64,000 nucleotides of DNA. It comes from a bacterium (lineage in GTDB: Bacteria > Sysuimicrobiota > Sysuimicrobiia > Sysuimicrobiales > Kaftiobacteriaceae). The stretch lies in NCBI GenBank assembly GCA_044868695.1, contig JBIOWP010000107.1, positions 1 through 64,000 on the forward strand, in the 5' to 3' direction. Below the pieces are notes generated by a model that did not search any database, was not told where the DNA came from, and worked only from the letters and a program-made list of their open reading frames with translations. The position numbers were made by a program, and so were the translations under genes. Shown one piece after another: positions 9,111-18,968 of this stretch; position 1 is the first letter of the stretch, and each line of letters opens with the position of its first letter.

Positions 9111-9980
9111 GTGGGAGTTCAGGAAGCCGCCGTCGGGCTGGCCGAGGGCCGCCACGCCGGGCTGGTCCGCGAGGTTGAGCGGTCCGAAGCGGCGCGCCGC
9201 CGCGCGGAGCGCCGGGCCACGACCCTCGGCCGCCTCGCGTTTGCCGCCGCCTTCCTGCTGGCGTGGGAAGCTGCGTCGGGCCGGATTGTCGACCAGTTCT
9301 TCGTCAGCCGGCCCAGCGCCATCGCCGCTTCGCTGTGGGCGATGGTGGTCCGCGAGCAGCTCTTCTACCACCTGCAGTTCACGATCACCGAGGCGCTGGT
9401 CGGCTATCTCATCGGTGCGGGCGCAGGCCTGATCCTCGGGTTCTCGCTGGGGCGGGCGGACCTCGTGTACCGGATCGTCGAGCCGTTCCTCGTGGCATTC
9501 TACGGCATCCCGCGGATCGCCCTGGCGCCGCTGTTCATCCTGTGGTTTGGGATTGGGATCACCTCGAAGATCGCGGTGGCCGCGGTGATGGTCTTCTTCA
9601 TCGTGTTCATCAACACGATCGCCGGCATCCGGGCCGCGCCGCCCCAGTTGCTGCAGGTGGCGCGGGTCATGGGGGCCACCGAATGGGATCTGACGCGCAA
9701 GGTCGTGTTTCCCGCGGCCACCCCCTTTATCGTGGCGGCGCTGCAGATCACCGTGCCTCAGGCGATGATCGGCGCGATCGTCGGCGAGTTCATCTCCAGC
9801 AACCGCGGCGTCGGCCATCTGATCAGCCGCGCGGCGGGGTGGCTGGATACGCCCGGGTTGTTCGCCGGGATCGTGGCGCTGCTGGTCGTGGTGCTGGTGA
9901 TGAACCTGGGGATCACAGCGCTGGGACGGTACTTGATGCGGTGGAATCCGCGGCAGACGAATCTGCGTGACGTGCCGTAG
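9111..9980 (+). CDS. ABC transporter permease (NitT/TauT type)
   Basis: IPRIALAPLFILWFGIG, EAA-like ARVMGA, GAIVGEF; GTG 9111. Confidence 0.88.
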   Translation: MGVQEAAVGLAEGRHAGLVREVERSEAARRRAERRATTLGRLAFAAAFLLAWEAASGRIVDQFFVSRPSAIAASLWAMVVREQLFYHLQFTITEALVGYLIGAGAGLILGFSLGRADLVYRIVEPFLVAFYGIPRIALAPLFILWFGIGITSKIAVAAVMVFFIVFINTIAGIRAAPPQLLQVARVMGATEWDLTRKVVFPAATPFIVAALQITVPQAMIGAIVGEFISSNRGVGHLISRAAGWLDTPGLFAGIVALLVVVLVMNLGITALGRYLMRWNPRQTNLRDVP

Positions 9981-9999
9981 GCACGGGGGGAGGGGGACG

Positions 10000-11019
10000 A
10001 TGAAGGAGCGATGGGTTGTGCGGGTCGTGCTGATCGCCGGCGCGTTGATGGTGGCCGCCGCTGGAGTGGCGGCGCAGGCGCCCCGGGTCAAGATCCGGGA
10101 AGCTCACACCGGCACTCTGTTCATGGCGCCGGTCTATATCGCCGAGGCCGCCGGTTACATGGGGGAGGAAGCGATCGACCTCGAGCTCATCGAGGTCGAG
10201 AGCGGCGCCCTTGGGATTGCCGCGCTAGTGTCCGGGCAGGTGCAGTTCTTCGACGCCGACCCGTTCCAGGCGGTGGAGCTGCGCCGGCAGGGGCGGCAGA
10301 TTCTGTTCATCTACAACCTGACCAAGCGGGTCACGCTCGACATGGTCATGCATCCCGAGGTGGCGCGCGCGAAGACTCTCAGCCGCACCACGCCCATTGG
10401 GCAGCGCTTCGCCGCGCTGCGGGGGATGAAGCTCGGCATCACCCGGCCGGGCGCGGCCACGGACGTCTACATGCGGTACTACCTCAAGCGCGCGGGCCTG
10501 AACCCCGACCGCGATGCGCAGCTCGTCGCCATCGGCGGCGGCGGTCCTCTCCTGGCCGCGCTGCGGACACGGCAGATCGATGCCTTCCACCTGTCCGCCC
10601 CCACGCCCTATCTGGCGGAGAAGGACGGCTACGGCGTCGTGGTGATCAAGGCCTCGGCCGGCGACGTCCCCGAGCTCGACAACTTCATGTACACCGGGAT
10701 CTCCGTCTACAACGTCTACGCCAACCAGAATCCCGACCTGCTGCGCCGCTGGGTCCGGGCGGTCAACCGCGCGAACCAGCTGATGCGCAGCGACCTGGCC
10801 GCGGCGGTGGGGCACCTGCGGAAGTACTTCCCGCGCACCGACCCGGAGGTGCTGACACTCGCCTTGCGCGAGATCATCCCGGCGCTGTCCGAAAACGGCA
10901 CCATCAGCGAGCAGATGATGGACAAGCATCTGCAGTTCATGCTCGACGACGGCCAGATCCCGTTCAAGCCGTCGGCGAAGGAAGGGATTCTCTGGACGAA
11001 CCGCTTTATCGGACGGTAG
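10000..11019 (+). CDS. ABC transporter substrate-binding protein (NMT1/TauA type)
   Basis: N-terminal signal peptide, PVYIAEAAGY, LRGMKLGITRPG; GGAGGGGG RBS. Confidence 0.85.
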   Translation: MKERWVVRVVLIAGALMVAAAGVAAQAPRVKIREAHTGTLFMAPVYIAEAAGYMGEEAIDLELIEVESGALGIAALVSGQVQFFDADPFQAVELRRQGRQILFIYNLTKRVTLDMVMHPEVARAKTLSRTTPIGQRFAALRGMKLGITRPGAATDVYMRYYLKRAGLNPDRDAQLVAIGGGGPLLAALRTRQIDAFHLSAPTPYLAEKDGYGVVVIKASAGDVPELDNFMYTGISVYNVYANQNPDLLRRWVRAVNRANQLMRSDLAAAVGHLRKYFPRTDPEVLTLALREIIPALSENGTISEQMMDKHLQFMLDDGQIPFKPSAKEGILWTNRFIGR

Positions 11020-11608
11020 CGGTGCGCGCTCGGAGGAGCTCCGTCCGGCGGAAGCAGCCGACGGTGTGGTCGTTGACGAGTCCCACGGCCTGCATGAACG
11101 CGTAGCAGATTGTGGGGCCGACGAAGCGGAATCCCCGCCGGCGGAGCTCCTTGCTCATCGCGACGGAGATCGCGGTCTGCGCCGGGATCTCGCCCAGCGT
11201 GCGGGGCCGGTTCGCCAGCGGCCGGCCGTCCACGAAGCGCCAGATGAACCGGTCAAACGACCCGAACTCCCGCTGGACGTCGAGGAATCGTCGCGCGTTC
11301 GCGATCGCCGCGAGGATCTTGGCGCGGTTGCGGATGATGCCCGCGTCCGCCATCAACCGCGTCACGCGTCGCGCGTCGTAGCGCGCCACGAGCCGGGGGT
11401 CGAATCGGGAGAAGGCGCGGCGAAAGTTCCGCCGCTTGCGCAGGATCGTGTCCCAGCTCAGCCCTGCCTGCATGCCCTCCAGGATGAGGAACTCGAAGAG
11501 GGTCCGGTCGCTGTGCTCCGGCTTCCCCCACTCTCGGTCGTGATACGCGCGCATCAACGGACTGCCGTCCGCCCACGCGCACCGCTTCTGTTGCTTTGGA
11601 CGCCTCAC
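11006..11608 (-). CDS. tag: DNA-3-methyladenine glycosylase I
   Basis: RCAWA, YHDREWG, LEGMQAGLSW, IIRNRAKI, FVGPTICYAFMQAVGLVNDH..C. Confidence 0.93.
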   Translation of the reverse strand: MRRPKQQKRCAWADGSPLMRAYHDREWGKPEHSDRTLFEFLILEGMQAGLSWDTILRKRRNFRRAFSRFDPRLVARYDARRVTRLMADAGIIRNRAKILAAIANARRFLDVQREFGSFDRFIWRFVDGRPLANRPRTLGEIPAQTAISVAMSKELRRRGFRFVGPTICYAFMQAVGLVNDHTVGCFRRTELLRARTATVR

Positions 11609-11648
11609 GTATCCTCGGCTCCCTAATCCCTGCTCCCTGATCCCGTCC

Positions 11649-12539
11649 TCAGGGTTTGGGCGCCGCCACATGGTTGCGCAGCACGCCGATCCCCTCCACC
11701 TCGGCCTCCACGATGTCCCCGACATGCAGCCACCTGGGCGGGTCGAACCCCATCCCCACGCCCTCCGGCGTGCCCGTGGCCATGATGTCGCCGGGCTCGA
11801 TGGTCATCCCGGCTGAGAGGGTTTCGATCAGCCGCGCCACGCTGAAGATCATGTTGGCGGTGGTGGAGTTCTGGCGCACCTCACCGTTGACGCGCATCCC
11901 CAGGCGCAGGCGCTGGGGATCGGGGATGGCCGATCGGGAGACGATCCACGGCCCCAGGGGAGCGAAGGTGTCCAGCGACTTGCCTTTGAACCACTGCTGG
12001 TGCCGGCGCTGGAGGTCGCGGGCGGTGACGTCGTTCATGATCGTGTACCCGAAGACGTAGTCCAACGCCTTGGCGGCGGGAATATCCCGGCCCCGCCGCC
12101 CGAACACCACCGCCAGCTCCACTTCGTAGTCCAGCGACTGGGTGGCCCGGTGGTAGGTCACGGGCGCGTTCGGTCCGATCACCGTGGTGGGCGGCTTGGT
12201 GAAGAAGACCGGCACGTCGGGCGGTGCCACGCCGCCCTCCCGGGCATGCTCCGCATAGTTGCGGCCCATGCACATGATGTTCTTGCGGGGCCGCTGGATC
12301 GGGGCCAGCAGTCTGGCCCGGGCGAGCGGGATCGACGCGCGCTTGGCTTTCACCCAGGCCTCCGCCTCGGCCGCCAGCGCGCGCAGCGACGCCGCCGGCA
12401 CCTCCGCGATCAGGCCGATCATGTCGCCCGGCACCCTAACTTTCTTTCGCCTGGCGACCGACTCCAGATCTACAACCCTGTCCTCCACGACAAACGCCAG
12501 GCGTGGCTCCCGTCCCGCCTGATAGGTGGCAACGCGCAC
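11649..12539 (-). CDS. fumarylacetoacetate hydrolase family protein
   Basis: CMGRNYAEH, FFTKP, DYEVEL, NDVTARDLQ, GKSLDTF, ATGTPEGVG; GGAGGAGG RBS before GTG 12539. Confidence 0.92.
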   Translation of the reverse strand: MRVATYQAGREPRLAFVVEDRVVDLESVARRKKVRVPGDMIGLIAEVPAASLRALAAEAEAWVKAKRASIPLARARLLAPIQRPRKNIMCMGRNYAEHAREGGVAPPDVPVFFTKPPTTVIGPNAPVTYHRATQSLDYEVELAVVFGRRGRDIPAAKALDYVFGYTIMNDVTARDLQRRHQQWFKGKSLDTFAPLGPWIVSRSAIPDPQRLRLGMRVNGEVRQNSTTANMIFSVARLIETLSAGMTIEPGDIMATGTPEGVGMGFDPPRWLHVGDIVEAEVEGIGVLRNHVAAPKP

Positions 12540-12650
12540 GTCTGCGACCTCCTCCATCCAGTCGGTGGTTCGTGTTCGGCAGGGTGTGCTTCTGCGCATC
12601 ACGAACGCTACCCTCTGGTTCCCCAGAACCGCGTTTTCAGGAGGCGAGGT

Positions 12651-13772
12651 ATGCCCAGGGTCCTGGTATTCGCCGGCACAACTGGTGGATTGTTTGTGTT
12701 CGAGAGCGACGCCAAGCGCGCGAAGTGGAAGAAACGCGGTCCGGTGCTCAAGGGCGTTTCGGTCAACCACTTTGCCTGGGATCCGAAGGCGAAGACGCTG
12801 TACGCGACGACGGCGACCGACGGGGTGCTCGCCAGCCGGTCCTTCGGCCGGACGTGGACGCCGCTCAACGACGGCCTGCCGATCCGCAAAGTGTGGTCGG
12901 TGGCCGTCAACCCCAAAGACTCAGACGAGCTGTGGGCCGGGACGCACTTCAGCTATCTGTTCCACAGCACCGACCGCGGCCGGACGTGGACGCTGCACCC
13001 CGGGTATCTTGAGGCCCCGGGGAAAGACAAGCGGTGGGGCGACTGGGCGTTCGGGACGATCGGCAACTCCCTGCATGGGATTCATATCGATCCGAAGGAC
13101 CCCAGACGGATGGTCATCGTCAGCAGCACCGATCACGGCGCCGTGCGGACCCAGGACGGCGGGCAGACCTGGGAGTATGCGCGAGCTGGCGTCTATGAAT
13201 CGTGTCCAATCGCGGGCACGTCGGACCACTCGAAACCGGTGAGCGACGACGAGCGGCAGAAGAGTGTCGAGCAGCACCTCTCCTCGGTCCATTCCTGCAC
13301 ACACCGCGTCGGCGTCTCGCCGGTGGACGCGAACGTGCTCTACCGGCAGCAGCACTGCGGCGTGTATCGCAGCGACGACTTCGGCGCGACCTGGCGCGAT
13401 ATCTCCGCCGGTCTGCCGGACCGCCACGGGTTTCCGCTGGCGGTGCACCCGAAGGACGTCAACACGGCGTATGTCGTGCCGGCCTACCAGGGGAAGTGCC
13501 GGAAGCACAACTCCTGCATCCAGGGAGCGCTGGACGTGTACCGCACCCGTAACGGCGGGCGGTCGTGGCAGAAGCTCAGCGACGGCCTCCCGCAGAAGGT
13601 GCATACCGTCGTCCTGCGGCATGGCATGCATGCCGATCCGCTGCAGCCCTCCGGCGTGTACTTCGGGACGACGGCGGGCGACGTGTACGCCAGTGCGAAC
13701 GAGGGCGATACCTGGGTGCGGCTGGCCAAAGGATTGCCGCGCGTCCAGGGTGTGGTGGCTGCGGTCGTCTAG
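12651..13772 (+). CDS. BNR/Asp-box beta-propeller protein (exo-alpha-sialidase-like/WD40-YVTN)
   Basis: repeated SxDxGxTW Asp-boxes; QQHCGVYRSDDFG; RBS before ATG 12651. Confidence 0.8.
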   Translation: MPRVLVFAGTTGGLFVFESDAKRAKWKKRGPVLKGVSVNHFAWDPKAKTLYATTATDGVLASRSFGRTWTPLNDGLPIRKVWSVAVNPKDSDELWAGTHFSYLFHSTDRGRTWTLHPGYLEAPGKDKRWGDWAFGTIGNSLHGIHIDPKDPRRMVIVSSTDHGAVRTQDGGQTWEYARAGVYESCPIAGTSDHSKPVSDDERQKSVEQHLSSVHSCTHRVGVSPVDANVLYRQQHCGVYRSDDFGATWRDISAGLPDRHGFPLAVHPKDVNTAYVVPAYQGKCRKHNSCIQGALDVYRTRNGGRSWQKLSDGLPQKVHTVVLRHGMHADPLQPSGVYFGTTAGDVYASANEGDTWVRLAKGLPRVQGVVAAVV

Positions 13773-14569
13773 GGGGTCGCGGGTTCGGGAGAGAGCAGCG
13801 ACGGATCGCGCTCGAGCACCTGCACCGTGTCGCCCGTGGCCTGTGCGACGGTCTTGACCCGGAAGTCGCGGTACAACGCCGGCGCCAGAGGTTGGGCGAC
13901 CTGCGTGAAGACCGTCACGGCCACTTCGCGCATCTCCGCGTCCACGTGGAGTTCCCCGCGCTTCTCGAAGAACTCCCGCCAGGCGCGGTGGTTGCCCGTG
14001 ATCACGATGTGGGTCTCGGTCATGTTGGGCAGCACGCAGCGGGCCGCCTCGCGCGCGCGCTTGCGCCGCAGCGTCTTGTCTTCCAGGCCCTTCAGCTTGC
14101 CGGCGCCGATCTCCGTCAGCGTCTGGTAAGCTTCTTGAATCTTCACGTAGAGATCCTCGAAGACCGCTATTGCCGCCGGATCCGCGCGGAACAGCGGGGG
14201 AATCACAAACGGCGCGTCGTCTTCGCTGACGAACCGCTGGCTGAGCTGAGAGTAGCTGAAGTGGCGGTGGCGTACCATCTCGTGGGTGAACGAACGCGTC
14301 ACGCCGGTGAGCATGACCGTGAACCCGGCGTGCTCGATGACGCTGTAGTGCTTCATCTCCAGGATGTGCGAGAGATAGCCTTCGTTCGTGGCCGTCGCGG
14401 GGTTGGGTTTCCGCCAGGACTGGTAGCACGCGCGACCGGCAAACTCCACGAGCTTCCCGGCGTCGGATTCCGAATCGGTGGTCCATACCGCCCAGGGCGT
14501 GCCCTCGGACTCCTCCAGGGAGAACCGCGTCTCGGCGACTTTGACGACTTTCAACTGGGCGGTACGCAC
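13769..14569 (-). CDS. thyX: FAD-dependent thymidylate synthase
   Basis: EFAGRACYQS, HYSVIEH, ThyX motif RHRHFSYSQLSQR, REAARCVLPN. Confidence 0.93.
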   Translation of the reverse strand: MRTAQLKVVKVAETRFSLEESEGTPWAVWTTDSESDAGKLVEFAGRACYQSWRKPNPATATNEGYLSHILEMKHYSVIEHAGFTVMLTGVTRSFTHEMVRHRHFSYSQLSQRFVSEDDAPFVIPPLFRADPAAIAVFEDLYVKIQEAYQTLTEIGAGKLKGLEDKTLRRKRAREAARCVLPNMTETHIVITGNHRAWREFFEKRGELHVDAEMREVAVTVFTQVAQPLAPALYRDFRVKTVAQATGDTVQVLERDPSLLSPEPATP

Positions 14570-14752
14570 CAGACCGACCTCGGTGAAACGATTTTGACCC
14601 CAGGGAGGAGGTGCGGGCGAAGGAGGAGTGGTGTCCGTCTGTTGCTTCGTGGGGAGCCTGTCGTGGAGGCGTCCAAGATCAGACTCGTAGGCTCCTCCCC
14701 CCTGCGGGTCTTTGATGGTATTCAGCGCCGGGAGCAGGATTCCTGCCTCAGA

Positions 14753-14768
14753 TATCAACATGTTGTGG
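14753..14768. promoter_or_regulatory. NrdR-box-like palindrome upstream of thyX
   Basis: tatCAAcATgTTGtgg fits the acaCwAtATaTwGtg core; only one copy seen. Confidence 0.5.
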
Positions 14769-14772
14769 ATAA
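14764..14772 (-). promoter_or_regulatory. perfect DnaA-box sequence
   Basis: TGTGGATAA = reverse complement of TTATCCACA; single copy. Confidence 0.35.
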
Positions 14773-14824
14773 GTTGGGGGTGGAGCCCCAGGGCCTGCGC
14801 CGAGCGGCCGTTCGCATCATCAAT

Positions 14825-14859
14825 GGGGTCAGACCCCTTTGACGAACGGGGTCAGACCC
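14825..14859. repeat. two GGGGTCAGACCC(C) palindromes (REP-like)
   Basis: copies at 14825-14837 and 14848-14859. Confidence 0.6.
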
Positions 14860-14911
14860 GTCCTCGGCTGGCGGCCGGAGGATGGCCCGGCGGGGTGTCA
14901 AACTCAGCGTC

Positions 14912-15490
14912 ATGACTGAGCTGGCCGATCTCATCCGCCGCCGGCTGGCCGGCAGGACCCGCCGCATGATCCGGGATCCGGCGTCGCGGCCGGCCGCCGT
15001 CCTCATTCCATTGCACGCCGACCGCGGAGAACCCGCCGTCCTGTTCACCAGGCGCACGGAAACCGTCGAGCACCACAAAGGTCAGATCTCTTTTCCCGGC
15101 GGCGCAGTGGACGACGCGGACCTCGACGCGCCGTCCACCGCGCTGCGGGAGACGGAAGAAGAGTTGGGAATCTCGCGGGACCGAGTCGAGATCCTGGGGC
15201 TGCTTGACGACGTTCTGGCCTCGGTCAGCGGATTTGTGATCACACCGGTCGTGGGGCTCATTCCCTCCTCCGCGCCGCTGCGCGTGAACGCGGCGGAGAT
15301 TGCCGAAGTGCTCACGGTGCCGCTGCGCGTGTTTCGCGATCCGTCCGCCATGCGGATTGAACGCCGGGAGCGCGATGGCCGCGCGTATGACGTGTACTTC
15401 TACACCCACGGCCCCTATGAGATCTGGGGAGTGACGGGGTACATCATGAAAGCCTTTATTGATGCGGTGTTTGGGGAGATGCGTGCATGA
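14912..15490 (+). CDS. CoA pyrophosphatase (Nudix)
   Basis: AAVLIPL, LFTRR, HKGQISFPGG, ALRETEEELG, IWGVTG. Confidence 0.9.
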   Translation: MTELADLIRRRLAGRTRRMIRDPASRPAAVLIPLHADRGEPAVLFTRRTETVEHHKGQISFPGGAVDDADLDAPSTALRETEEELGISRDRVEILGLLDDVLASVSGFVITPVVGLIPSSAPLRVNAAEIAEVLTVPLRVFRDPSAMRIERRERDGRAYDVYFYTHGPYEIWGVTGYIMKAFIDAVFGEMRA

Positions 15491-16173
15491 TCGCGGTGCT
15501 CGCTGACATCCACGGCAACCTATGGGCGCTGCAGGCCGTCCTGCAGGATCTGGACCGGCTGGGGCCCTCGCGGGTGATCGTGGCCGGTGACCTGGCGCTG
15601 GGCGGCCCGAGTCCCGCGGATTGTGTCGCGTTGATCCGCCGCCGCGGCTTTCCTGCGATTCGCGGCAACACCGATGAGTGGTTGACCAGGAAGCCGGGCG
15701 CGATCGCCGACGGGATCACATGGGCAGCGGCGCAGCTGTCCGACGCGGACCGGGCGTATCTCGCCGGGCTGCCGTTTCTGTGGCGGCTGTCCGATCCGGC
15801 GGGCGACCTCGTGGTCGTGCACGCAACGCCGTGGAGCATCGCCGATGTCGTGGCGCCCGACGCCCCCGCGCCGCTGGTCGACCGCGTGTTTACTGAAGCG
15901 GCGGCGTCAGCCGTCGTCTATGGGCACATCCACATCGCCTACATCCGCCAGGACGGTCGGCGACTGCTGGTCAATACCGGCAGCGTCGGGCTGCCCTTTG
16001 ACGGAGACCGGCGGGCGTCGTATGCGATCCTGACGACGGAGTCCGGAGCCTGGCGGGCAACCCTGCGCCGGGTGGACTATGACCTGTCCGAGGTGCTGCA
16101 GGCTTCACGGGGAATCGGCAACCCCGAGGGGGACCGGTTCGCAAAGCGCCTGGAAACCGCCTCATTTCGGTGA
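15487..16173 (+). CDS. calcineurin-like metallophosphoesterase
   Basis: DIHGN, GDL, RGNTD, GHIH, NTGSVG. Confidence 0.9.
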   Translation: MIAVLADIHGNLWALQAVLQDLDRLGPSRVIVAGDLALGGPSPADCVALIRRRGFPAIRGNTDEWLTRKPGAIADGITWAAAQLSDADRAYLAGLPFLWRLSDPAGDLVVVHATPWSIADVVAPDAPAPLVDRVFTEAAASAVVYGHIHIAYIRQDGRRLLVNTGSVGLPFDGDRRASYAILTTESGAWRATLRRVDYDLSEVLQASRGIGNPEGDRFAKRLETASFR

Positions 16174-16352
16174 ATTTCGAAGAGATACCTGGATTTGGGC
16201 AAAAATTGGCAAAATTTGAGGCTCACCTCACCATTTCTCTAAAAATCGCCGTATTATTCGCGATTCCATGACTATGCGCTCCTCCGTTTGGCTGTTCCGG
16301 ATGGGGGTGCCCCCTTGCTATACTGGGCATGACTCCCTCTGGAGGCTCCCAC

Positions 16353-16700
16353 ATGAAGCAGCAGGTCACCCCCAACCCGAACCCCAACCCCGTCTTCACC
16401 GTCAGCGTCGCCAGCAGCCTTGTGGGTGTCTCGCCCCAAACCCTGCGCAGGTGGGAGCGGTATGGCCTCGTGTGCCCCGTTCGGGAAGGTCGGTCGCGCC
16501 GGAGGCTCTACTCGTGGCCTGAGATCGAGCGGGCGCAGGAAATCCGCTACCTGGTGATCCGCAAGCGCGTGCCGCTCCGCGCCGTAAAGTTGCAGCTGCG
16601 TCCGGCGGTCGCGCGTAAAGCGACTGGGCTTCCCGCCAAGAGCGACGGCCGCACGGGCGCCCCGCTGATTCCCCGCCTCGCCCTGGGCATTCCGCGCTAG
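16353..16700 (+). CDS. MerR/HspR-like HTH transcriptional regulator
   Basis: FTVSVASSLVGVSPQTLRRWERYGLVCP..RRLYS; GGAGG RBS; TGC-TATACT -10 at 16316-16324. Confidence 0.8.
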   Translation: MKQQVTPNPNPNPVFTVSVASSLVGVSPQTLRRWERYGLVCPVREGRSRRRLYSWPEIERAQEIRYLVIRKRVPLRAVKLQLRPAVARKATGLPAKSDGRTGAPLIPRLALGIPR

Positions 16701-16718
16701 TACCCGGTCAACTGCGTA

Positions 16719-16815
16719 AATCGTGAATCGCGAATCGTGAATCGCGACTGCATCTCCACTTTTGGCTTGACCGTAGTATTCTAAGAGTAGTACCGAATAT
16801 CGATTCACGATTCAC
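16719..16815. repeat. inverted heptamer arrays (AATCGYG)x4 ... (CGATTCA)x2
   Basis: read directly; arrays enclose a TTGACC-containing AT-rich core upstream of iscS. Confidence 0.75.
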
Positions 16816-16833
16816 ATCTCCTGACGCACCGCG

Positions 16834-18003
16834 ATGAGTGCAGATCGCCGCATCTACCTGGACCACGGTGCCACCACGCCCACCGATCCGCGGGTGGTGG
16901 AGGCGATGCTGCCGTTCTTTGCCGAGAAGTTCGGGAACGCCGGCAGCGTCCACGCGTTCGGGCAGGAGGCACGCGAGGCGGTGGACCGTGCGCGAGCGCT
17001 CGTCGCCACCGCCGTCGGCGCGAGTCCGCAGGAGATCGTCTTCACCAGCGGCGCCACTGAAGCGGACAACTTCGCCATACTCGGCGCGGCGTGGGCCAAC
17101 GAGTCGCGCGGACGGCACATCATCACCTCCGCGGTCGAGCATCACGCCGTGCTTGAGCCCTGCCGGTTCCTTGAGTCGCGGGGGTGGGAAGTGAGTTACC
17201 TTTGTGTGGACGGCGACGGGCGCGTGGATCCGGACGATGTGCGCCGCGCCATCCGCGGCGACACGACCTTGATCTCAGTGATGCACGCCAACAACGAAAT
17301 CGGAACCCTGGAACCGGTCGCGGAAGTCGGACGGATCGCCCGCGAACGCGGCATCCTGATGCACAGCGACGCCACGCAGTCGGTGGGCATCCTCCCGGTC
17401 AACGTGGACGCGCTGTCTGTGGATCTGCTGTCGATGTCCGCGCACAAGCGCTATGGCCCGAAGGGCGTCGGCGCACTGTACATCCGGAAGGGATCGAAGC
17501 TGGCGCGGGTGCAGCACGGCGGTTCGCATGAGCGCAACCGCCGGGCCGGGACGGAGAACGTGCCGGCGATCGTGGGGTTCGGAACTGCACTGGCCATCGC
17601 GCTCCCCGGCATGGATGGTGAGGCCGCCCGGCTGCGCCGCCTGCGCGACCGTCTCATCGACGGGCTCACCAGCCATCCCGGCGCTCGCCTCAATGGCCAC
17701 CGCAGCGACCGGCTGCCGGGAAACGTGAACGTCTCATTCGAAGGGACCGACAGCGAGTCCATCCTGCTGGCGCTCGACCTGCGGGGCGTGGCGGCGAGCA
17801 GCGGGTCGGCCTGTACGTCGGGCAGCCTCGAGCCCTCGCACGTGCTCAGCGCCATCGGCCTGCCGCCCGAGGCCGCCGCCGGCACGGTCCGCCTGACGCT
17901 GGGACGCTGGAACACCGACCAGGAGGTCGACGACCTGCTGGCCATGGTTCCTGAGATTCTTCGCAGTCTCCGCGGAGTGCGTGCGGGCGCCCGTCCCAGC
18001 TGA
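16834..18003 (+). CDS. iscS: cysteine desulfurase (IscS/NifS type)
   Basis: IYLDHGATTP, FTSGATEADN, SAHKRYGPKG (PLP Lys), SSGSACTS (catalytic Cys). Confidence 0.93.
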   Translation: MSADRRIYLDHGATTPTDPRVVEAMLPFFAEKFGNAGSVHAFGQEAREAVDRARALVATAVGASPQEIVFTSGATEADNFAILGAAWANESRGRHIITSAVEHHAVLEPCRFLESRGWEVSYLCVDGDGRVDPDDVRRAIRGDTTLISVMHANNEIGTLEPVAEVGRIARERGILMHSDATQSVGILPVNVDALSVDLLSMSAHKRYGPKGVGALYIRKGSKLARVQHGGSHERNRRAGTENVPAIVGFGTALAIALPGMDGEAARLRRLRDRLIDGLTSHPGARLNGHRSDRLPGNVNVSFEGTDSESILLALDLRGVAASSGSACTSGSLEPSHVLSAIGLPPEAAAGTVRLTLGRWNTDQEVDDLLAMVPEILRSLRGVRAGARPS

Positions 18004-18072
18004 GCCTGCGCGCTCCGGTGCCGGGCGCGGTCTGCGGTAGCACGGGAGTTCCGAATCGCGCGGCGAAAGCAG

Positions 18073-18435
18073 ATGGTCGTGACCGATTACCTCCCGATTT
18101 TCGTGCACTTCGCCCTGGCCGTCCTGCTGACAGGCGGACTCCTGGCGGCGCATGCGGTCCTGGGCGCCCGGCGCTCTCCGCTGCCGGGTAAGGTCGAGCC
18201 TTATGAATCGGGCGTCTGGCCGATCGGGTCGGCGCGCGAGCGCGTGCCCATCCGCTACTACCTCATTGCGATGCTGTTCCTGCTGTTTGACGTCGAGGCG
18301 GTGTTCCTCTACCCGTGGGCAGTGGTCGCCCGCGAGCTGAAGGTGCTCGGGTTGATTGAGATGCTGGCGTTTGTGGGCGTGCTCGGCCTGGGGTTCCTCT
18401 ACGCGTGGAAACGGGGGGCGCTGGAGTGGCAGTAA
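18073..18435 (+). CDS. nuoA: NADH-quinone oxidoreductase subunit A
   Basis: [24 protein letters not shown]. Confidence 0.93.
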   Translation: MVVTDYLPIFVHFALAVLLTGGLLAAHAVLGARRSPLPGKVEPYESGVWPIGSARERVPIRYYLIAMLFLLFDVEAVFLYPWAVVARELKVLGLIEMLAFVGVLGLGFLYAWKRGALEWQ

Positions 18436-18968
18436 GAGAACCCCGCGGCACGCTCGTCTCCCGCGCGAAGTCGCCCGCCGAGGCAACGGAGGCCGATGTC
18501 CGCGCGCTGGAAGGCAGCCTCCTCACGACGACCGTGGAGCGCGTGGTGGGATGGGCGCGGAAGTCCTCGGTGTGGCCCACCCAGTTCGGGCTGGCCTGCT
18601 GCGCGATCGAGATGATGTCCACCGCCGCTGCGCGGTTCGACATCGCCCGCTTCGGCAGCGAGCTGTTCCGCGCGTCGCCGCGTCAGGCCGACCTGATGAT
18701 CGTCTCAGGCCGCGTCTCGCAGAAGATGGCGCCCGTCATCAAGCACATCTACGAGCAGATGCTGGAGCCGAAGTGGGTCATCGCGATGGGGGACTGCGCG
18801 AGCTGCGGCGGCGTGTTCAACAACTACGCGCTGGTGCAGGGCGTGGACAAGCTCATTCCCGTCGATGTCTACGTGGCCGGGTGCCCGCCGCGCCCGGAGG
18901 CGCTGCTGTACGGGTTCCTCAAACTGCAGGAGCTCATCGCCGCCTCGTCACGGCGGAGGGCGCGATGA
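18426..18968 (+). CDS. nuoB: NADH-quinone oxidoreductase subunit B
   Basis: [25 protein letters not shown]; start uncertain. Confidence 0.93.
   Translation: MAVREPRGTLVSRAKSPAEATEADVRALEGSLLTTTVERVVGWARKSSVWPTQFGLACCAIEMMSTAAARFDIARFGSELFRASPRQADLMIVSGRVSQKMAPVIKHIYEQMLEPKWVIAMGDCASCGGVFNNYALVQGVDKLIPVDVYVAGCPPRPEALLYGFLKLQELIAASSRRRAR

Noticed and set aside
14764..14772. oriC
   Set aside because: Only one DnaA box, no AT-rich unwinding element, no dnaA/dnaN.
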